Shown in pieces: positions 58,244-64,000 of a DNA stretch of 64,000 bases. The DNA lies in IMG/VR virus record IMGVR_UViG_3300025099_003636, positions 1-64,000 of that record. One strand, written 5' to 3'. Numbering within the stretch: the stretch's first letter is position 1; each line of letters opens with the position of its first letter. The translations under genes were made by a program, and so were the position numbers. The notes beneath the pieces are model-generated. The model was not told the origin of the DNA and did not search any database. It was given only the letters and a program-made list of their open reading frames with translations. The DNA is from a virus.

Positions 58244-60083
58244 ACATCCAGTTTGTATTGTAACTTGCCATATTATTGTTTACTACATCGTCAATAAGTG
58301 GTCCAGTTGCAATACCTACAGCCCATCTTCCACCACCTCCACCACCAGAAAAGTCAGGACACTCCATACCCCCTAGTTTTTTCTTCTTTGGACTTTTATT
58401 AATCCGTCTAGTTGTAAATTTAAATGGGAATTTTAATCTTGTGGTATATTTCTTACTATATTTTTCTTTAGGTACAAACTTTATTTCCCATTGACGTGTA
58501 GGTGAAACAATTTTTACATCTTCGAAAGTTCCTGGTTCACCTGGCTTCTCATCAGAGTCACCTTCAGGTGGATAAACCTCAATTCCTAAATCTACCATAC
58601 AATATTTATACTTATCGTAGTTTGGACAGTTAAATCTACCTTCATCATCTGGTTTACAGTTTTCTAATGGGTCACCGTAATTATCTCTATCATCTTCATT
58701 TGTTGTTGCTGAAGGTCCACTTCCTTTTGCCATAGTAAAAGGTGATGGTGGGTTTGGTCCACTTGAACCGTCATTATTATAACCACTACTGTCTATCTGT
58801 GGTTCTGGTAATGTTACCCCTATTTTTGCAAATGCGTTATCAATATAAGTTTCTACTGATTTAGCTCTTGCGTCGGATAGTTTCTGGAATGACCAACTTT
58901 TAACCGCTCCTCCATTTCTAGCCCTACTTGCTGATGTCCAAATTTTGTATGATGTTATTTTATATTCGACTCCAGGATTTTCTTTTAAAGATTTTGCAAG
59001 AGTGGCAACCGCACCATTAATTTCATTTTTTAAGTCTTGGTGTAATTCTGTACTATTATTAACGAATGGTGTGAACTCTTTATCTTGTACACCCATTAAT
59101 TGTAACCCTAAATCTATAGAACAAGATTCGGTAGGTTCTTCTCCTTCTGTCTCTATAGGGTCTAGATTTATAATTTCATCTGGACCTTTAACATTTCTTA
59201 AGTTTATTTCAGAAAAGAATTTTTTAAGTAATTTAAGGTCTGATAATTTTGCTGCACGTTTTTTATTTCTTTTCATTTCTCTCCATTTCTGAAAATACTC
59301 TTTAAACAACAGAAATAAACCTCGTTTGTCCTCTTCTGTCATAACCCAACCTTTTTCATTATAAGCTTTATCTTCGTTTTTCCACCTTTTTTTAGATTTC
59401 CTATCTAACTTTTTATAAAAAGCTTTCATAAGTTTAGATGTGGAAGCTCTTAAATCATCAAAATCCTCATCTCTTTGTTCTGTATTTTTTAGTCTGTCAT
59501 TTTTCCATTTTTCCTCATATCTTTTATCACTAGCTATTTTTTGTACAGTCCACTTTTCTAAAGCTGTATCATATTCTTCTTTATTTCTTGCAAACATAAC
59601 TCGTTCACGCAAGTCTAAAGCTTCAAATTCCGCTACACCCAAGTCTAATATCCTTAACGCTTCACCCAACAAACTTTTATAATTACTCAAAGCACCATAA
59701 CCTCTTTGTTCAGGGTCTGCATTTACTTTTTCTTCAAATTTAGGAATGTAATCTTGTAATAACTTTATATAATCTTCTAGATACGGATTTTGTAATTCTT
59801 TTACTCCTGGCAAACCACGGTATTTATTTTTAATAGAAGGTGCTTGGTCAATACCATAACCATCTTTTAATTTTTGTAACAACTCACTGTCCTCTTTAGA
59901 CCACTCATCACAACAACCTGGTGCTGTACTACCGTCAGGCATACCGTTATCGTCTATACAAGGACATTCCTTTTCTCTTTCTATACCCATTACAAAATCG
60001 GACTCTTTTTGTTCGAATATTAAATGGTTTAGTCCCATTATTTCTCTGTTTCTATTTAATTCTTCTAAAAGCTGTTTTTCCAT
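58236..60083 (-). CDS. Putative head-cargo protein with type-2 leader and OmpA-C-like motif
   Basis: LLEELNRNREIMG..IFEQ leader; SAS...LSDARAKSVETYI. Confidence 0.6.
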   Translation of the reverse strand: MEKQLLEELNRNREIMGLNHLIFEQKESDFVMGIEREKECPCIDDNGMPDGSTAPGCCDEWSKEDSELLQKLKDGYGIDQAPSIKNKYRGLPGVKELQNPYLEDYIKLLQDYIPKFEEKVNADPEQRGYGALSNYKSLLGEALRILDLGVAEFEALDLRERVMFARNKEEYDTALEKWTVQKIASDKRYEEKWKNDRLKNTEQRDEDFDDLRASTSKLMKAFYKKLDRKSKKRWKNEDKAYNEKGWVMTEEDKRGLFLLFKEYFQKWREMKRNKKRAAKLSDLKLLKKFFSEINLRNVKGPDEIINLDPIETEGEEPTESCSIDLGLQLMGVQDKEFTPFVNNSTELHQDLKNEINGAVATLAKSLKENPGVEYKITSYKIWTSASRARNGGAVKSWSFQKLSDARAKSVETYIDNAFAKIGVTLPEPQIDSSGYNNDGSSGPNPPSPFTMAKGSGPSATTNEDDRDNYGDPLENCKPDDEGRFNCPNYDKYKYCMVDLGIEVYPPEGDSDEKPGEPGTFEDVKIVSPTRQWEIKFVPKEKYSKKYTTRLKFPFKFTTRRINKSPKKKKLGGMECPDFSGGGGGGRWAVGIATGPLIDDVVNNNMASYNTNWMSN

Positions 60084-60094
60084 TTTTTATTTTT

Positions 60095-60586
60095 TTAATT
60101 CCAAAGTATTATTATATCTTTATCTGTTAGGTCTATTTGTACTGATGTAGGTAATATCGTGTGATACCTCATTTTGTCATCTTTTTCATCCATATAATAC
60201 CATTTATCTGGGTCATCACTCTTAAATCCACCCATATCATCCACTATTATTTCTATACGTTTCTCAGTTTCAACTTTTGTGTAGTCTTCATCGAAAATTT
60301 CAATAACCACTTCAAGTTTTACACTTGTTGTGTATATACTAATATCTTTGATACCCCAACTTCTAATATCCATATCATATCTCCAATTTACTTCACAGTC
60401 CATATATGATATATCAAAATCTCTACCTTTATATTCAGGGAAATAATCACCCACACCAAATAAGTCTACATCATCTATTTTGGTCGTAAATGAGTTTGGG
60501 TCATCAGAAAAATTTCTTTGTTCTTTTACAATGCTTTCGACAACTTGTGTAAGTTGTGATTCCGATAATTTTATTTTTTTAATCAT
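60095..60586 (-). CDS. Protein with type-1 leader
   Basis: MIKKIKLSESQL...IVKEQ; TATTTAT upstream. Confidence 0.7.
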   Translation of the reverse strand: MIKKIKLSESQLTQVVESIVKEQRNFSDDPNSFTTKIDDVDLFGVGDYFPEYKGRDFDISYMDCEVNWRYDMDIRSWGIKDISIYTTSVKLEVVIEIFDEDYTKVETEKRIEIIVDDMGGFKSDDPDKWYYMDEKDDKMRYHTILPTSVQIDLTDKDIIILWN

Positions 60587-60680
60587 ATAATATATTTTAT
60601 TAGCTGCTAGCAGCTTTGCTATATAATAAATATAAGCTATATGACTATAATTTATTATAATTTATTATTATAATTAATTT

Positions 60681-61022
60681 ATGAAAAATTTAATTACTTG
60701 CCTAATAATCTTTGTTATTGCTCAGACAATGGTTTGGTTACAATTAAATGGGCAATTTGTGTGGGATTCTTTTAGGAAATATGAGTGGGTCCTTATATTA
60801 TTTGGTTTACCGATTAGTTGGTTATTTTTGGAAGCTACTCGTTATGGGGTGGCTGCTTTTGACGGATTATTATGGCCTCAGAGATTCTTAGCCTTCGCGT
60901 GTGGGATTGTGATATTTAGTTTATGTACTTGGTTATTAAAAGGTGAAGGTATTAATACAAAAACACTCATCTCATTGTGTCTTGCGACATCTTTAGTTTT
61001 AATACAAATCTTCTGGAAATAA
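60681..61022 (+). CDS. Four-TM small membrane protein (DMT/SMR-like size)
   Basis: Four hydrophobic segments in 113 aa. Confidence 0.65.
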   Translation: MKNLITCLIIFVIAQTMVWLQLNGQFVWDSFRKYEWVLILFGLPISWLFLEATRYGVAAFDGLLWPQRFLAFACGIVIFSLCTWLLKGEGINTKTLISLCLATSLVLIQIFWK

Positions 61023-61050
61023 ACTGTAAGTTACTCACTATTTATATATT

Positions 61051-62244
61051 ATGGATACTAACTTTAAAGACATTATTTTAAGTGAAGGTTATGTAGGTAA
61101 TATGTTAACTAAAGAACTACCTAAAGAACTCGATAATACTTTATTTACACTAATGCATATGTTAGGAGGATTCAGTAGTTCAGATGTTATTTCTTTTGCA
61201 AGAAATGCAAACTATAGGGAACGTAGACTACTAAATAAGATGGTTAATGACCTTAATCTTTATGAAAAACCTTTTGATAAAGAAAAAATTAAAAACTCTT
61301 CTAGATATCGTGCTCTAACAGTATTTCTTAAGGTAATAGGTGATTCTTCTAATATTAATGAACAACACACTATTAGTCACGAATTACCCGAAGATTTAGA
61401 CAACCAATTATATTTTCTATCGTACTACATTGGTGGTTTTACAACCTCTGATGTTGGTCGTTTTGTTAAATCCTCTACTGATAAACAAATTAGAAAGTTA
61501 AGACGTTTACTTAACAGGATTCCTTCAGACCAATATGAATTAGTTTCATTAGCTGGTATGCACGACTCCATATATGAAAGTCCGGATTATCAAAAACTAA
61601 TATCTTTAATCTTGGGTAGATTAACTGAAGATGTACAGTATGACTGGGAGGGGTATCCCACTACAGACACTAACCCATATTTTACTAGATATGTGACACC
61701 TACCCTAAAAAAACAAATATTTACTTACTGGGACAAACATGGTATTTGTTATGATTGTTTAAAATATTTTGGTATTGACGTGGAAGACCCTGGTCCTTTT
61801 GACGATATTGCTGACATAATATACCCTGTGTTGTACATAGAGTATTTGGGTGGTGTGGAAAATACTGAATTTGGGAAACTGGGTTATTCTAGAACTAATG
61901 AAGGTGGTTGGGCATACTTAAAATTTAAAATAGAACCTATTAGATATGATTACCTGTTTGACGAAAGTGAAAGTTTTGGTGAACAAGGTTACTCTTGTTG
62001 GGACATTAGAATTCTTATAGATAAAGATAGTGACTTGGATTTGCCTGTTAACCCTGAATTTATTGACAACGACTATTCACCTTTTATACAAGACTTATTT
62101 CCAGAAAGTTCAAGAAATAAATTATCTTCTTTTAGGAATTACAATGAGGACCAACAGGAAACTATAGAACTATTATGGGAACATTATGTGGATAGTGTTG
62201 ATTTTACACATACATTCTGTCAGGTTGAGGTTATTTTAGTTTAA
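61051..62244 (+). CDS. Late protein with two tandem helical repeats
   Basis: ELP..LDN.L..L....GGF..SDV..F occurs twice; TATTTATA at 61039. Confidence 0.7.
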   Translation: MDTNFKDIILSEGYVGNMLTKELPKELDNTLFTLMHMLGGFSSSDVISFARNANYRERRLLNKMVNDLNLYEKPFDKEKIKNSSRYRALTVFLKVIGDSSNINEQHTISHELPEDLDNQLYFLSYYIGGFTTSDVGRFVKSSTDKQIRKLRRLLNRIPSDQYELVSLAGMHDSIYESPDYQKLISLILGRLTEDVQYDWEGYPTTDTNPYFTRYVTPTLKKQIFTYWDKHGICYDCLKYFGIDVEDPGPFDDIADIIYPVLYIEYLGGVENTEFGKLGYSRTNEGGWAYLKFKIEPIRYDYLFDESESFGEQGYSCWDIRILIDKDSDLDLPVNPEFIDNDYSPFIQDLFPESSRNKLSSFRNYNEDQQETIELLWEHYVDSVDFTHTFCQVEVILV

Positions 62245-62483
62245 CGACCTACTTTAGAAAACATTCCTTGAAAAATTTCTTCGATAGCCCCTATTACGGC
62301 ATATTGGTCTTCACCCCAGTTAGATTTATGTTTATCTATAATTTTATCTACAACAAATCTTAAATCTTTTTCTAGTAAATCCCATTTATCTGGGCCTTCA
62401 TTTTGCCACCAGTTATCATCTTCGTTAATTTTATTAACAATTTTTTTTAACTGTTCTTCTGATATGATTATTTTTTTTGCCAT
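62241..62483 (-). CDS. Small protein with type-1 leader
   Basis: MAKKIIISEEQL...INED. Confidence 0.7.
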   Translation of the reverse strand: MAKKIIISEEQLKKIVNKINEDDNWWQNEGPDKWDLLEKDLRFVVDKIIDKHKSNWGEDQYAVIGAIEEIFQGMFSKVGR

Positions 62484-62740
62484 TTTTTATAAGGTCTAAT
62501 ATAGTAATGTTTAAAAAAGGTGTCTATCTTTTCCCACCCTAATTTTTTTCTTAATTTATTTTCCCATATTGTTAAGGGACAAACCAATACTGGTGAAAAT
62601 ATTAAATGTAGAATCCAAGTATTAACCGGTAACCATACCCAGAAAGGTTCCTTTAATATTAATAAAGGAGCTGAAACTAAAAATCCTATAATACCTAAAT
62701 GGTGGAATAGGACCAAAAAGTATAGCATAATTTTTAACAT
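62468..62740 (-). CDS. DUF2784-like membrane protein
   Basis: Two TM helices, H...CPLT.WEN.LR...F..HY. Confidence 0.6.
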   Translation of the reverse strand: MLKIMLYFLVLFHHLGIIGFLVSAPLLILKEPFWVWLPVNTWILHLIFSPVLVCPLTIWENKLRKKLGWEKIDTFFKHYYIRPYKKWQKK

Positions 62741-62853
62741 TATACCAATACTTTTTGTTTTTTACTCTTTTCTTTTTCCTTAGATAGAGATTTTACGGTT
62801 TTAATTAATTTTTCTAACCTATCATTAATTTCACTGTATGTCATCTTTTTCAT
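62740..62853 (-). CDS. 37-aa basic peptide MKKMTYSEINDRLEKLIKTVKSLSKEKEKSKKQKVLV
   Basis: Fills the gap, A-rich start, TAATG overlap with the next gene; not in the ORF track. Confidence 0.55.
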   Translation of the reverse strand: MKKMTYSEINDRLEKLIKTVKSLSKEKEKSKKQKVLV

Positions 62854-62865
62854 ATTTTATTTTAT

Positions 62866-64000
62866 TTAGTAAGGATTTTTCTTAGTATATCCTAATCTCG
62901 TAAATGATGTATTAGTTCTTTCTGTAGTACATTGACCTACATTAACTTGTAATAACAATTCTCTAGTTAAATAAGCTAATGGACTATCCTTATATACGTT
63001 AGTTCCTGTAATATTATATAATGGATACCAAATTTCGTCAGCTGAACAATCTTGTTTACACACTTCTACAGTTAATGGTCCTGAAGTAGTGTACTCATAA
63101 GACCACTCACCTTTTTGTTTTGTTGTTATTACACTAGAACAACACATCGGTATTGGTGAATATTCTCTTCCTTCACCTTCAAACACAACACCATTTACTT
63201 GTTGTCCTGGTTCACACCACATAAATCCTGCACAACCACTATTTAAACAACCTTCTAAACTATCGTAGAATACTCCACTTGATGGTTTGGTGTCTTGTGG
63301 TATACAAGCTTGTTGAGTTGAACCGTCCACTGGGTTAACTGATGATGCACATGCATAATAAGTTATTTTACTATCTACATTACAATTCGAACTTGTGTAT
63401 ATACAATCATTAGCCGTGTAAAAATCTTCACTTTGTCCAGTTTCACATTGTACACAACCCGAATCACTTAATTTATATCTTATACTTTTGTCAACTGATT
63501 CACCAACCCCACGAGGTTTAGTAACCTCTTTTACAATCTCCTCCGATTTTTCAAATAAAGTTTTTGTGGTAGTTATAGCACTAGCTTCAACATCAAAATC
63601 ACCTCTTGCTAATGTTAGGTCTTCACCTTTTTTATCTATAAAATCTTCTGATGCTATATGAGCAACCATATGGTTAGGTGAACAATTACAATTTACTTCA
63701 TCCCAATGCCATCCCCAAGGACATGGTTGTGTATCACATACACATCTACATGCGGTATAACTCCAGTGATACCCTGGAATACATGATACGTTTGGTTGAC
63801 ATGGTCCATGTGGATTACATATAATTTCCGCCCATCCAAGTGGACATTTACATGGATTTGCTGTTGGTGACATTTGTATTTGATGTCCTTGTTTATTAAC
63901 ACAACATTTTTTACATGGACCTGGAGGGCAACAAATTGGGTCACAAGCTGCTTCTGTAGGATATTGACCGCTAGAACCTAATACTGGATAACAATGACAC
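62866..64000 (-). CDS. Cys-rich protein, N-terminus beyond window edge
   Basis: Frame stays open upstream of 63873 to the edge (CHCYPVLG...ACDPICCPPGPCKKCC...QIQMSPT); C-P-x-G-W/Y-H-W...C-x-C modules. Confidence 0.75.
   Translation of the reverse strand, partial: CHCYPVLGSSGQYPTEAACDPICCPPGPCKKCCVNKQGHQIQMSPTANPCKCPLGWAEIICNPHGPCQPNVSCIPGYHWSYTACRCVCDTQPCPWGWHWDEVNCNCSPNHMVAHIASEDFIDKKGEDLTLARGDFDVEASAITTTKTLFEKSEEIVKEVTKPRGVGESVDKSIRYKLSDSGCVQCETGQSEDFYTANDCIYTSSNCNVDSKITYYACASSVNPVDGSTQQACIPQDTKPSSGVFYDSLEGCLNSGCAGFMWCEPGQQVNGVVFEGEGREYSPIPMCCSSVITTKQKGEWSYEYTTSGPLTVEVCKQDCSADEIWYPLYNITGTNVYKDSPLAYLTRELLLQVNVGQCTTERTNTSFTRLGYTKKNPY

Larger units (their letters stand above)
1..64000. other. 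Segment of a large T4-like (jumbo/huge) phage genome, probable Bacteroidota host
   Basis: gp23-, gp21-, gp20- and gp17-like head genes in T4-like order, gp55-like sigma, PhoH, tmRNA, very high coding density, no ribosomal or housekeeping operons, Bacteroidota-type promoters. Confidence 0.93.

Noticed and set aside
26779-63944. Many antisense or overlapping ORFs in the track (e.g. 27480, 29909, 32197, 36987, 41591, 42143, 49863, 58945, 63693)
   Set aside because: They are shadows of well-supported genes, with Ser/Phe/Leu-rich composition typical of reverse frames
1-64000. Stop-codon recoding (TAG or TGA) as in some Bacteroidota megaphages
   Set aside because: Code 11 gives full-length MCP, portal, terminase and DnaK and near-complete coding density; TAG ends portal and terminase at the expected positions

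Overview
This is a gene-dense, AT-rich segment of a very large T4-like tailed phage (jumbo or huge phage) read in the standard genetic code. The host is most likely a Bacteroidota or Flavobacteriia bacterium, based on TTTG-N19/20-TAnnTTTG promoters, A-rich starts without Shine-Dalgarno sites, a Bacteroidota-like DnaK and outer-membrane beta-barrel, and a GGC tmRNA resume codon. Layout: (1) 1-18.2 kb is a long nucleotide-sugar and glycosylation cluster (GT29 sialyltransferase-like, KdsA, CMP-ulosonate synthetase, sugar C-methyltransferase, cupins, DegT, Gmd, Fcl) plus PhoH; (2) 18.2-26.1 kb holds a gp55-like late sigma factor, baseplate or structural genes and an unannotated 21-aa, 9-Cys metallothionein-like ORF; (3) 26.2-40 kb is the minus-strand head module (terminase, portal, gp21 protease, scaffold, gp23-like MCP); (4) 40-50 kb holds a nucleotidyltransferase, KTSC protein, glutaredoxin, DnaK, an N-domain-less ClpC, peptidases and a tmRNA; (5) 50-64 kb is accessory genes. 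The strongest candidate for an undescribed system is a modular capsid-cargo address code. Unrelated proteins share one of two N-terminal leaders ending in an (L/I/V)xE protease site. Most sit behind a sense-strand TATTTAT(A) motif, the reverse complement of the T4 late promoter. Candidate cargoes include a HExxH protein, an OmpA-like protein, a membrane protein and a tandem-repeat polyprotein. All calls come from motif recognition by eye; no database searches were run.
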